Source: the human T2T-CHM13v2.0 reference genome, Homo sapiens. From it: 64,000 nucleotides of DNA. The notes below the pieces were generated by a model that saw only the letters and a program-made list of their open reading frames with translations, had not been told where the DNA came from and made no database searches. The stretch lies in the NCBI RefSeq assembly GCF_009914755.1, contig NC_060931.1; one strand, 5' to 3'. Every line of letters begins with the position of its first letter. Position 1 is the stretch's first letter. Position numbers and translations under genes: made by a program. Positions 39,636 through 51,856 of this stretch are shown here, piece after piece.

Positions 39636-39862
39636 GTGTGCGAGTTGCGCTAATACAGTAGATATCCTTAAACTCCTTCTCAGGCCTGCAGTTAGAATTC
39701 AGTAGTGTGGAGATGCATGCAGTGCCACCCGGGGCCCACAGCCAGCCCTTCGGTGTGCGAGTTCCACCTCAATACAGTGAATATCCTTAAACCCCGTCTC
39801 AGGCCCGCAGTTAGAACTCGATCAACGTGGAGATGCACGCAGTGCCATGCGGGGCCCACAGT
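39636..39862. repeat. Diverged tandem duplication, ~117 bp x2
   Basis: gtgtgcgagtt...aatacagt..atatccttaaac...gcagttagaa...gtggagatgca.gcagtgcca...ggggcccacag occurs twice. Confidence 0.8.
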
Positions 39863-40619
39863 GAGCCCCGCACAAACATCACTTGCCTCTCACTGCAATC
39901 ATGGCCACCGCTGCTGCTGGGGGCTGTTGCCGTCACCAGTAAGAAACACAAGCGATGGGATTTCTCAGTGCAGCCAGGCTCCTACAGGCTACAGTTGGTC
40001 TTTCCAGACACACAGAATTCTCTCGCACAGAAGTCAAAACATGGCCAACAGTTCACCTTCATTCTCACTAGGTGAAAACGCGAAACCACTCAAGCTCCAA
40101 AAGGGGTTAATCAACTATACATTAAGACTTACAAAAACCTATAAAAACATGGGGAAGTGTTTATGTTATAATATATAGTGGAGAAACAGGATGCAAATGA
40201 TGTGTGTTTCACTTAAAATATATATTATATAAACGGAAAAATCATCAAAGACTTCAGTTAAAGACGGTAGCTTGAACACGTGCACTTAAGTGTAATCTCT
40301 CTCAAAATCCCGGTAAAACAAGGGTAAAGGTTTTGCTTACTTTTTTTGAGGCATTTACCTGAAGACAAAGAAAAGAAGGCACAGCATCAAATAGCCTTTA
40401 AAATGGAAGCTGGAAAGCTTCCAGACAGATGAGTGGCAAACGACCCCAGAAAAGCTGAATCCCACGCCAGCAATGGAACAGCCAAGAAGCTTTGACACCA
40501 CAAGCTCCCCAGGTTCAGGGATACCCACCCCAGCAACAATTTCCGGAAGCAGGGAGGAGGGAGCGCTGGAACTGCAGGGCTGGCTGGAGACCTTTAAAAC
40601 AGAATGAAGACCTCATCAC

Positions 40620-41990
40620 AGATTCACAGCAATTTGTGGGAAACGTACAAGGAGGTCCGTGTCCTCTTTACCCAATCTCCCTCGATGGTAACAACTTAAA
40701 CAGCAATATCAAAAACGGGACAACTAACATGGGTACAATCCAGAGACTGCTCGCCTGCCGCCAGCTCACAGACACTTCCCTCCATGTCTACTCCCACGTG
40801 ATCTGTCATATGTGTGGATGTGTGCGCCCACAACTGCCATCCAGACACAGGCCTGTCCTGACACCGGAAGGCTCGCCCCGCTGTCCTTTTGTACACACAT
40901 GCACCCCCGTGCCTAAACCCTAGCAATCTCTTCAATTTTCTGTGTCAAATTGATCTTAATTATTAACTGTTTGGTAGATTTCTCTAGGGAAACCATTTGG
41001 GCCTAGGGATATCCTTCGCATCTTTATGACTTCAATTTTTTTTAAAAAAATAGTTTACAAGATTATTCAGATAACCTATTTCATCTTGGTCGAGTCTGGT
41101 GGCTTGTGGGTTCTGAGGAGTGAGTCCGCTGCTTCAAGTTGTTTGTGGCATAACACCCTCTGCTTAATGGCTACAGGGCCTGTAGTGATGGCCCCTATTT
41201 CATTGCTGATATTGATGATTTTGGTGGTGTCTTTTTATTTTTGTCAAATTTGCTAGAGATTTGTCAATTTTATTGAATTTTTTTTTCCAAAAAAGCCAGA
41301 ACTTATTGTTTTAATAATTTTCTCTATTTTTTTTTTAATTTCATTGCTTTTTGCTCATGTTATTTCCTTCATCCATGCTTGCTCTGGGCTATTCCACTCT
41401 CCTTTCTCCAGGTTATTGAGATAGGAACATAAATTAAGAGACCATTCCTCTTTCTCAACGTGAACACTGAGCATGACGTACTTCCTTCTCAGCACCGGTC
41501 TAGCTGGACCCCACTTACTTAGATGTGTGTATTTCCATTATTGCCCAGTGTACTTATTTGTACCGGGAGACCTCCTCCCCCACACGGGCAATGCAGACAT
41601 GTGTTGCTAATCTCCTAATGCTTAGAGACTTCCCTGTTGTTCTTCTGTTACTGACATCTAGTTTGGGTTCATTACACTCAGAGCACACAGTCTGAGTGAA
41701 TTCGATTCTTTCGAATTTACTGGGGTCTCTTTGATGACCCGTGATGTGATCTGTTGTGACTGTCCCAGGTGAATGCAGAGGCAAGAGTCCTCTGCTCTCG
41801 GACAGGGTGTTCCACAGACACTGATTAGGTCCTGCGGGCTGATGAGGACACTCAGTTCCGTCAGTCGTGGAGGCTGAGGTGTGAGTTCTCAACTGTAAAT
41901 GTAGATCTGCCCGATTCTCTGTTCATCCCAGACACTTCTGCGTCCTGGGTTTTCTAACTGTTATTTGGCTTGTGTACATCTAGGAGTGCC
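40620..41990 (-). mobile_element. Old L1 fragments (3' end and ORF2), antisense on the + strand
   Basis: T-rich; aaaccatttgggcct, gctagagatttgtcaattttattg, and tttgggttcattacactcagag resemble antisense L1. Confidence 0.7.
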
Positions 41991-42084
41991 AGACCTGGGG
42001 GCAGAGTGGGAGTTCTGCCACCGCACAGACCTGGCAGACACCATCCTGGTACACGCGGAGTGCGGACGTGCACCTGCTCACAAG

Positions 42085-42305
42085 GGCGACAGACAGGCAG
42101 GTGTGAACTGGGCCCCTAGAGTGGGGATGCGTACCCCACTCACGAGGGCCACGGACGGGTGGATGCGAGCTGGGCCCCTACAGTGGGGAATGTGTACCTG
42201 CTCACGAGGGCCACAGACAGCTGGGTACGAGCTCAGCCCCTAGAGCGGGAATGTGTACCCCACACACGAGGACCACAGACAGGGGGGTGCGAGCTGGGCC
42301 CCTGC
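42085..42305. repeat. Diverged tandem repeat, ~61-62 bp x ~3.5
   Basis: gagctgggcccctagagtggggaatgtgtaccc...cacgagggccac.gac recurs. Confidence 0.7.
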
Positions 42306-44879
42306 CTGTCTCGCCACCACCACGGACAGGAGGCATGAAGGGCAGCGGCAGCCTCCCTGCTGCAGGGTGTGGGGAAGGCCCTGCTGAGCCTCTGACATGG
42401 GGTCCTGGGGGTTGAAGACCCCCCTCCACATCCTGCTCTGCCTCGGTGCTGGGTGAGGTGTAGGCTCCGATCCCTGTTGGGCATGGCAACACTACTGGAC
42501 CAGAGAGCCAGAGCTGGGCCTGCCTCTGCTGAATGGCACCAAGGTCCCTGCCATCAGCCCTGCTGACCCTGCCCAGCACAGACACAGGAGCAGTGCCGGC
42601 TGCTGAAGGCTGGGGCAGGAGACGCGCTCCCCGAGGGGCCACGCTGATGCTGCTGGGCGGGGACAGGGCACTCTGCTGGCTTCTGCTTCTGGGAGTGAAG
42701 GGCAGGAGCCTGCATGTCACTCTGCACATCCTGCATAAGATCTCCGGGCTGAGACAGGCCCTTAGGTAAGGCACGGACAGGGTGCCCCACCGCAAGAGGA
42801 GTCCTGCATTGGCGACACACTTCCCTGCTCAGCCCCCAGGAGCTGGCAGCACAGGCCCCCAAGCCAGAGTCACCCAGGCTGGAGAGGAAAGATCAGAGGC
42901 CCCTCCCAAGGGCTCCCCAGTGGAAGACCCAGCCGGATTCCTCGGAGAAGCACAGGGCAAACCCACCCTGGCACAGGCAGCTGGGACCACCAAACGCTTA
43001 AGGAAATCATCCAGAAAGAAAAGAGTAAGGTCCAACACTGGCAGAAAAACAGCAACTTAGAGCAACAGAGAACAGGGTTCACTAGGAGAAGAAAACTCCA
43101 AAAAGCACTATTATTAACATCAAAGACACAGTGACCCCACTGCACTCATGAACACTGACAGGATGCTTTATACATAAAAGAATCCTCAGAGAACAGAAAC
43201 AGACTCTCAGGAAACGAAGAGTATAGCAACAAATAAAATAAGAACAGGTTAACAAAGCTGAGAAAATACAGAAGGTAGGACAAAAATAAGGAAAATAGGA
43301 TCAAAAAGATTTAAGAGAGAGAAAACTATTCGAAAATCCAACATCCAAGTAACAGTTTCAGAAAGAAGACACAGAAAACAGAGGAGAGGAAATGATCAGT
43401 GAACAGAGCCAGGAAAGCTCTCAAGAGCAGAAGGGCGTGAGACGCCAGAAGGAAAGGCCTGGAGTGCCCAATGCAGCGCACAGAGCAGGCCCCGGCCAGA
43501 GTGTTCGGGTAACCTGAGGATGCTGGGGACCAGGGGACCAGGGGAGGTGGGCAGGCTTTCGGAGAGAAAGAAGCAGGTCCGGGGTACAGGACCCAGGCAG
43601 GCAGGGCCCTGAGGACCCAAGCTGCAGGCCGGACCTGGGGAGCGCACCTGCCTTCACTGGCTGTGGTCACCGGCACCACCTGCAGAGCCCAGGCGCAGGG
43701 GCCGCTGTCGCTACCGGCAGCCAGGCAGTGGGCTGGGGACAGCTCTGGTGGTCACGGGCCTGCTGACAGTGCTGCCCAGCCAGGTGGAGGCAGCTCACCA
43801 GCCTTCACCCTGTTGACCTGGCTGCCTCAGCCTGCTCCTGAAGCTGCTCGGGGGAGGGAGAATGAGGCCACAAAGGCTCCCCAGGTCCTGCCCTGGGCTC
43901 CTGATCCCCAGATGGGCTGGGCAGTCCATCACCAGGCCCCCTCGGGGCCACGCCTTCCCACCTGGGACCATAGCATCTGAGGGTGACCTCTTTCCAGCCA
44001 CAGCTGCCCTTCCAATGGGACCAATCACTTGTACTCCAGACCCGGCCCAGCCAGCAGGTTCTCCACGGTGGGCAGCAGGAGCGGCTGCAGAACAGGACAG
44101 AACCAGGGAAAACCAGTTCCACTTTCCCAGGCTGAACTCTCCCTGGCGGCCTGGGCTGGGCACGGTGAGCTCAAAGATCAACCCACTGCCCTAGAAGCTT
44201 GGCAGGCAGGGACTGTCTTTCCAGTTACCTCTATGTAGTTTCATGAGGGGACTTAGAGCAGCGGTGTTTAATGGAGATTTGTTGGATGAAAGATGATAAT
44301 TTCTACAAAAGAACATTAAAAGTCTAGCACCTGGCCCTCTGGAAAGGACGTGGGCCTGGGCACTGGGTCCCTGGGGTGTGAGTGGAGATCACAGAGTGTC
44401 CTGAAGAGTGGGGACCTCGGGTGAGTGGGGTCATGGGTCACCTCTCGTCCCCTGAGGCAGGCCGGCGTCTCCAGGGCCCCCAGCACCTCCCGGGACCCAG
44501 AAGACATCACACGGCCGGGAAGCGAGGGTCCGAGTGTGACTAGCAGGCACTGGCACAGATAGGCAAGCCTCTGGAATTAGCAAGCGTCTAACCAGTTGCT
44601 GAATCTACAGGCAACATTTAGGATTTGCTAGAGCTGCTATTTGACAGCAGAGAGGACGGGCTCAGATTTGTTCTGGCTGAAAGGGCTCCTCAGCTGCTGC
44701 CTCTTAAAAATCCCCACCGACGCTCTCTCTAGCTTCAGTGTTGAAAAACGATGCTATGTGATACATGTCATTCACATACAACAAATAAATGGATGTGAAA
44801 ATGTGAGTGTGCATCTGGGCAAGAGCAGGCACACATGTGTGGCTGTGCATGTGTGTGTGAGGACCATCCCTGGTCCTCC

Positions 44880-46266
44880 TGTGTCCGAGATTGGTGGGTT
44901 CTTGGTCTCACTGACTTCAAGAATGAAACCGTGGACCCTCATGGTGAGTGTTACAGTTCTTAAAGATGGTGTGTCTGGAGTTTGTTCCTTCCGATGTTCG
45001 GACATGTTCGGAGTTTCTTTCTTCTGGTGGGTTCGTGGTCTTGCTGGCTTCAGGAGTGAAGCTGCAGACCTTCATGGTGAGTGTTACAGCTCTTAAGGCA
45101 GCACGTCTGGAGTTGTTCGTTCCTCCCAGTGGGTTCGTGGTCTTGCCGGCCTCAGGAGTGAAGCTGCAGACCTTCGTGGTGAGTGCTACATCTCATAAAG
45201 CAGTGCGGACCCAAAGAGTGAGCAGCAGCAAGATTTACTGCGAAGAGTGAAAGAACAAAGCTCCCACAGCGTGGAAGGGGACCCCAGCGGGTTGCCGCTG
45301 CTAGCTCTGGCAGCCTGCTTTTATTCCCTTATCTGGCTCCACCCACTCCTGCTGATTGGCCCATTTTACAGAAAGCTGATTGGTCTGTTTTGACACGGTG
45401 CTGACTGGTGCGTTTACAAACCTTTAGCTAGACACAGAGTGCTGATTGGTGCATTTACAAACCTTGAGGTAGACACAGAGTGCTGACTGGTGAATTTACG
45501 AACCTTGAGCTAGACACAGGGTGCTGATTGGTGTATTTACAATCCTTTAGCTAGACATAAAAGCTCTCCAAGTCCCCACCAGATTACCTAGACACAGAGC
45601 ACTGACTGGTGCGTTTACAAACCTTTAGCTAGACACAGATTGCTGATTGGTGCATTTACAATCCTCTATCTAGACATAAAATTTCTCCAAGTCCCCACCG
45701 GACTCAGGAGCCCAGCTGGCTTCCGACAGTGGATCCCACGCCGGGCTGGGGGCAGAGCTGCCTGCCAGTCCCACGTCACACGCCTGCACTCCTCAGCCCT
45801 TGGGTGGTCAATAGGACCAGGCGCCGCAGAGCAGGGGGCCGCGCCGTCGGGGAGGCTGGGCTGCGTGGGAGCCCACGGCTGGGGGTGGGTGTGGGCTCAG
45901 GCATGGCGGGCTGCAGGTCCCAAGCGCTGCCCCACGGGGAGGCGGCTGAGGCCCAGTGAGAATTCGACTGCAGCGCAGATGGGCCAGCAGTGCTGGGGGA
46001 CCCAGTGCACCCTCCGCAGCTGCTGGCCCAGGTGCTAAGCCCCTCACTGCCCGGGGCCGGCAACGCTGGCCAGCTGCTCGGAGTGTGGGGCCTGCCAAGC
46101 CCACGCCCACCCAGAACTCGCACTGGCCTGTGAGCACCACGCACGCAACCCCAGTTCCTGCCTGCGCCTCTCCCTCCACACCTCCCCGCAAGCAGAGGGA
46201 GCCGGCTCCGGCCTCGGCCAGCCCAGAGAGGGGCTCCCACAGTGCAGTGGCAGGCTGAAGGGCTCC
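44880..46266 (-). mobile_element. LTR12-family (ERV9, LTR12C-like) solo LTR, slightly 5'-truncated, sense to MAD1L1
   Basis: Minus strand ends ...ccaccaatctcggacaca. It has tandem ctagacacagagtgctgattggtg (CCAAT) repeats, a GGGAATAAAAG TATA-like box and a GC-rich U3 (ggagcccttcagcc...cactgtgggagccc). Confidence 0.93.
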
Positions 46267-48840
46267 AAACAAAATGGTGGGGACGAGAAGCTTTGACCTT
46301 GATGTAAAAGATATCAATGATAAAGGCCTTTTCTTAAATTGTAAAAATGAATAAACCCCAAGCATGCCAGCCCACACAAATCTGACACACGCCTGGCCAT
46401 GCTCCCATCAACTGCAGAACGAGAGGTTCTAGGTGCCAAAAGGCCCAGCAGAAAGCAGAGTGCCATCTCAGAGAGCGGGGAGCCGTGCAGCGTGACGCAG
46501 GCTCCTGCGTGGGCAGCCACGGGCCGGGACACGCTGACCTTCCTGAAACCTTCACAGATGCTGGAAGCCACAGCTGCAACTCCCCAGATTTAAGAACCTA
46601 CTCCACCACCTCCCACGTGGCTCCTGGGGACTGGAGGACAACGGTGGAGACCACCCTGCCTCGCGTGGCATTCAGGACCTTGCAGGGTCAGGCACCAGCC
46701 ACACCAGCCCAGACCTTCCCGATGCGCTGCTGTGCACGGCCTCTCCCCCTGCGCCCGCGTGCCTCCAGAGGCCCTTTCTCCATGATGACAAGGTGTGGCC
46801 TCTGCTGCTGGTCCCAGCTCCCCCTCTCACTGCAGACACACATTGAAGCCTGTCTGGCACGTCATCCAGCCTTGGCCTTGGTGAGCTCCTGACCTGCCTG
46901 GGCTGCCCTTCTGGGCCATTCCTTCTGTCTCACTACACACTACCCCCTCTCCGAGGCCTCCAGGCCCGCTGCTCTGTGTGGCAAGGGTCTTTCTCCCCAG
47001 GTGGGGCTGCTCTTGCAAGTCAGGGTGTGTGTGGGAGGCATATTTTGCTCATCTCTGCAAAGGAAAAGCCAACTCCGGCTTCGGAGGGGCTCCCAGCACC
47101 AATGCTTGGTGAGCAGGTGGTGGGGACGGCCCCTCTGCCACTCTCCTTCCCCTCCCCAGGCCTGGCAGCCAGTGCTTTCTCCAGTCACATTCTTCCACTT
47201 TAAAGCCTCTAGTGCCTCCCATTGCTGCTAGGAAAGAGACTGCATGCTCACCATGGCACCTGCCCGGTCTCCAGCTTCCCCCACCCCACACCCACACTCA
47301 CACACAGCCCCCAACCCCATCAACCCGAAGACCACACGCAGACGCACTTCCAGGGGGAGACATCCACTGTCACAGGACCACGTGCACCTCACAGGCTGTA
47401 ACGACAGAGCCTCTAGGTGAAGAATGGCCCCCAGGTCCCCGAGACATGGAGACGCAGATGAAGACGGAGAGCGCGTCGGGGCCCACTCACCACTCCATCA
47501 GCCTCCATGCTCGGCCCTAAGGACGCCACGGCACACACTCAGTATCTGAACACTTGAACGGCTGAGCAGATGTAAATGAAACCGCTCAGACTCCGGCAGA
47601 TCCCAGAGAGGGCGATGTGTAAGGCACAGCCCATGCATGAGGAATGCTTCAGAGACGCTGGAGGAACATCGAATCTAGAAGGCATCATAGCTGCCATGTG
47701 CAGAGCACTTCCTGGGCCGGGGCCACACTAAAGGCAGCCCTTTTCCTGCTTTACTCTCGGCAACCCTGAGAAAGAGGGGCCATCCACAGGTGAAAACTGG
47801 AACCCCAGGGAGTGGGTGTGACGGACGAAGCAGAGGCTGCTGCCGCGGGGGGTCCAGGGGCACACACACCAAAGCTGTGTGGCCTAGGAAGGGTGCTCTC
47901 TCCCCACTGCCACCCCCATCTCACTGCAGGGCCATTTGATGTCCCCTGGAGCTGTCTCAGTCCCCTGTTCTCAGTTCCTCTGATGACCAGGAGAAACCCT
48001 GGATGCCCAGGGCCTGGCCTGCTGCAGACACTCAGAGCAGAGGAGTGGCCAATGCAGGAAAGCCATGGGCCTCCTGCCACCCCACCCTGTGCCCACAGCC
48101 ACCGCCTCCCACATTGGATTCTGGCAGGATACTCGGGTTGCCCCACAGCCACTTTCAATCCGCACTGGATGGGGCAGCGCCAACACAGGCACCAAAGCGG
48201 AGCCCGGAGCTCCACCTGCATCTGCCTGGAAACCTCTTGCCTGAGGACCCTGATGGGTCCACAAGGCGGGGGAGAGGCAGAGAGCTCTAGAAAAGCAGCC
48301 CGGCCTGCAGACCCTGCTCTAGGGGCGCCGTGTGCAAGCAGGAGCTGGGGTGAGGGTGGCCTAGGACAGTGCAGTGGCAGAGAGCTGGCAGCATGTCTGA
48401 AGCGGAGCCCAAGGGCTGCTGGACACGCCTGGCTGCTGCACTGCCTGGGCTCTGCTCTGAGCCACACTCCCGTGCAGCCATCTCGGCACAGCACTGCCAT
48501 GCAGCCCCTGCGGCTGCAGACCCGGCTCCAGCGCCGCCCCCTGATGGAGGACCTGCTCCCTTCTGAGCGTCAGGGACACTGAGAGACCCCTGCTGTCAGT
48601 GCTGGCTGGAGAAGTGCTGCTGAAGAAAGGGCCACACCAGCAGAGACGAGTGTCCCTGCAGAGAGGAACCTAGGTGGATGGGATGGGACTTACAAAGAAA
48701 AGCCCTTCCAGGAAGGCAGCAGAGGAGCAAGACTTTACTCCAGCCACCCACGGGGGAGCACACAGAGAAGGTCACGGCCTGGAGAGGGGGACAGGAGGCT
48801 GCCGGTGGACGTGTCTCCCGCACTCCCCTCCTCTGGAAAG

Positions 48841-49150
48841 GGCACACCTGAGCGTGCGCACCTCCCCGCTGGGGGACACGCCTGAGCATGTCCACTTCCT
48901 TCCTGGGGGACACACATGAGCGTGCCCACCTCCCCCCACCCCACAGGACACACCTGAGCACGTCCGCCTCTTCCTCCGTGGGACACACCTGGGCGTATCC
49001 GCCTCCTCCCCCACAGGACACACCTGGGCGTATCTGCCTCCTCCCCCGCAGGACACACCTGGGCGTATCCGCCTCCTCTCTGGGGGACACACCTGGGCGT
49101 GTCCGCCTCCTCTCTGGGGGACGTACCTGAGCGTGTCCGCCTCCTCCCTG
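48841..49150. repeat. Minisatellite, 34-35-bp unit, ~9 copies, overlapping the exon-15 donor
   Basis: ggacacacctgggcgtatccgcctcctc... repeated; the last copy is the exon end and donor itself. Confidence 0.9.
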
Positions 49151-49215
49151 GAGAACAGGAAGCTCTGTTCGGCAGAGCTGGACTGAGACTTCAGCATCTT
49201 CAGCTCCATCTCCAG
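49127..49215 (-). CDS. MAD1L1: MAD1L1 coding exon (exon 15, 89 nt): LEMELKMLKSQSSSAEQSFLFSREEADTL(R)
   Basis: Acceptor ttgctttctcctag|CTG and donor CTCAG|gtacgt. Starts in phase 0 and ends in phase 2, matching the next exon. Lies within ORF 48772..49209. Confidence 0.96.
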
Positions 49216-49611
49216 CTAGGAGAAAGCAAAGGATAGAGGGTCAGCAGACACGAGCGCACCCAGGTGTGTGGGGAACCCCAGCCCAGGCCCCTGAGACCAC
49301 CCCTGGCAGCACCCCCGCCCTGGGCTGGGAGCTGCGGGAGAGACCTCTCTCCTGGAAGCCTGAAGCTGCCAGGCCAGACAGCACTCTAACTTTGCAAACT
49401 CAAGTTCTCTCATTTTTTTGTCACTTCCATCTCCTGAATAGCAACAGATGCACAGGCTCACGGTGAGGTGTGTGGGGTGCATGTGAGAGTCTCTGGAGAG
49501 TGGACACGCAGCTGGGGAGAGAGCACGCTCCAACGCTGCCGTCGGTTTGGTTTAACAGCCACAAGCCGTCGTTTATTCCGCTACTTCCAATTCCTCTACA
49601 GAACAGCGTGA

Positions 49612-49940
<329 letters not shown>

Positions 49941-50489
49941 AGGAGTGTGGATTCTAACTCGCCCCTACACACCTAGGGTGGGAGGCATCAGGGGCAGCAG
50001 ACGGTGGGGAGGCCAGGAGCCAGAACGGACTGCAGGCTCAAGGAAGAGCAGGGCACAGACGGGGGCCTGGTCAGGCAGGCTGGCGCAGGCTGAGGGGCTA
50101 CGTAGGCACCAGCTCCAGGGCCCGGGGGTGCTAAGGAAGGCCCACCCAGAGACGCCCCTCACCACTCCTGGGGTGTCTCATGGACAGGATCCGATGGGTT
50201 CAGGGAGGTAAATCCTGCCCCTGGCCCAAGTCAGAACCTTGTTCCCACCAGTCCTGACCCACTCCAAAGCCCAGCTCACTCCGTCACGAAGGGAGGAGGA
50301 AGGGCAGTGTGGCCTCAGGGAGGGAAGGACAGGTGCCAGCAGGTACCACGGCAGCCGGAGGCCCCCAGCAGTGAAGCTGCAAAGCCTGCCAGACACCCAG
50401 GGTGGAATGATGCGAGGGGGACAACACCCCCTGGGCTGGGGGCCAGCAGGAGCCTGGGAAAAAAGGCACTGGGGCAGGGGGTGCACAGT

Positions 50490-50610
50490 GTGCAACAGGG
50501 CAGGATATGCTAATTACCCTGATCTAATCACCATATGTTACATGTACTGAAACATCACTATGTACCCCATAAATATATACAATTATCATGGGTCCATTAA
50601 AAAGAAAGAT
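50490..50610 (+). mobile_element. L1MA-like extreme 3' end fragment
   Basis: ggatatgctaattaccctgatc...aacatcactatgtaccccataaatatatacaattat. Confidence 0.7.
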
Positions 50611-50857
50611 CCACAGTTCAGACAACAAACACGGATGCCCATGCCCTGAGCAGCCTGTCCCCAACTTCCAACCCCAGCGCCCCAGGCCCCCGACTCTCAG
50701 CCAGCCAACGTTCTGAGGTTTGAGCATATGTTCCTTCCGGAGGCTGCTGGTGCGCATGCCAGCAACATGTCTATGTTCTTCCTCCCACCACACTTCATTT
50801 TATTTAACAAAAATGGTAAGATGTCCTACACATCATTTGGTACCTTGCTTTTTTTCA

Positions 50858-51182
50858 CTATATATATAAAATATAAAAATATATACATAAATATACATAT
50901 ATATTCTGAGACAGAGTCTCGCTGTGTCACCCAGGCTCGAGTGCAGTGGTGTCATCTCAGCTCACTGCAGCTCCCAGGTTCAAGCGATTCTCCTGCCTCA
51001 GCCTCCCAAGTTGCTGGGATTACAGGTGCACGCCATCAAGCCCAGCTAATTTTTGTATTTTTAGTAGAGACGGGGTTTCACCATGTTGGTGAGGCTGGTC
51101 CGGATCTCCTGACCTCAAGTGATCCACCTGCCTCAGCCTCCCAGAGTGCTGGGATTACAGGCGTGAGCCGCCGCGCCCAGCC
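50858..51182 (-). mobile_element. AluS with (TA)-rich degenerate tail and a small internal deletion
   Basis: tatatataaaatata...tgagacagagtctcgc...gtgagccgccgcgcccagcc. Confidence 0.92.
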
Positions 51183-51199
51183 TTTTCTTCTTCTTTCTA

Positions 51200-51814
51200 A
51201 CTTATCTTTGTATACGTGATTTTAAATTTTTGTTTCCCGCCCCCTTCACTAAATTCCGACCGACAGCAGCAGTTCTCAGTTGATTCTCTTGGCACATAAT
51301 CTTATCAGCAGCAAAGAGGGACGATTTTCCAATTTTCCTCCTCCTTCCCAATATTGATACCTTGGGTTTCTTTCCCTTGTCTACTTTGGATGACTAGTAT
51401 CTCCAGAATAATACGAAATCACAGTTGTGATACTGGACATCCTTAGGTGGCCTGTGGCTTCACTGGAGCTGAAGCCAATACTTTCTTATTTACAGCACAT
51501 GACCTTTTTTTTCAAATAGGTATTTTCTATCACAGTGAGAAATTACCCATATATTCCTATTTTATTAAGAGTTTTTAATCAAGGCTGAGTGTTGGATTTT
51601 GTCAAACGCCCCCATGAAGAGGGTATTCTATAAATTGATATCCTAAAATCAAGCTGACAGGCTGGTCCTGGAATAAATCTTACTGCATATGATGTATTTC
51701 AACCTGCTGTTGAATTTCACTCGTGACATGTTAACAATGACACTGATACACGTATGCGCGTGCATGCACACACACACACGTGCACACACGCACACACACC
51801 CACAGACGCGCGCG

Positions 51815-51856
<42 letters not shown>

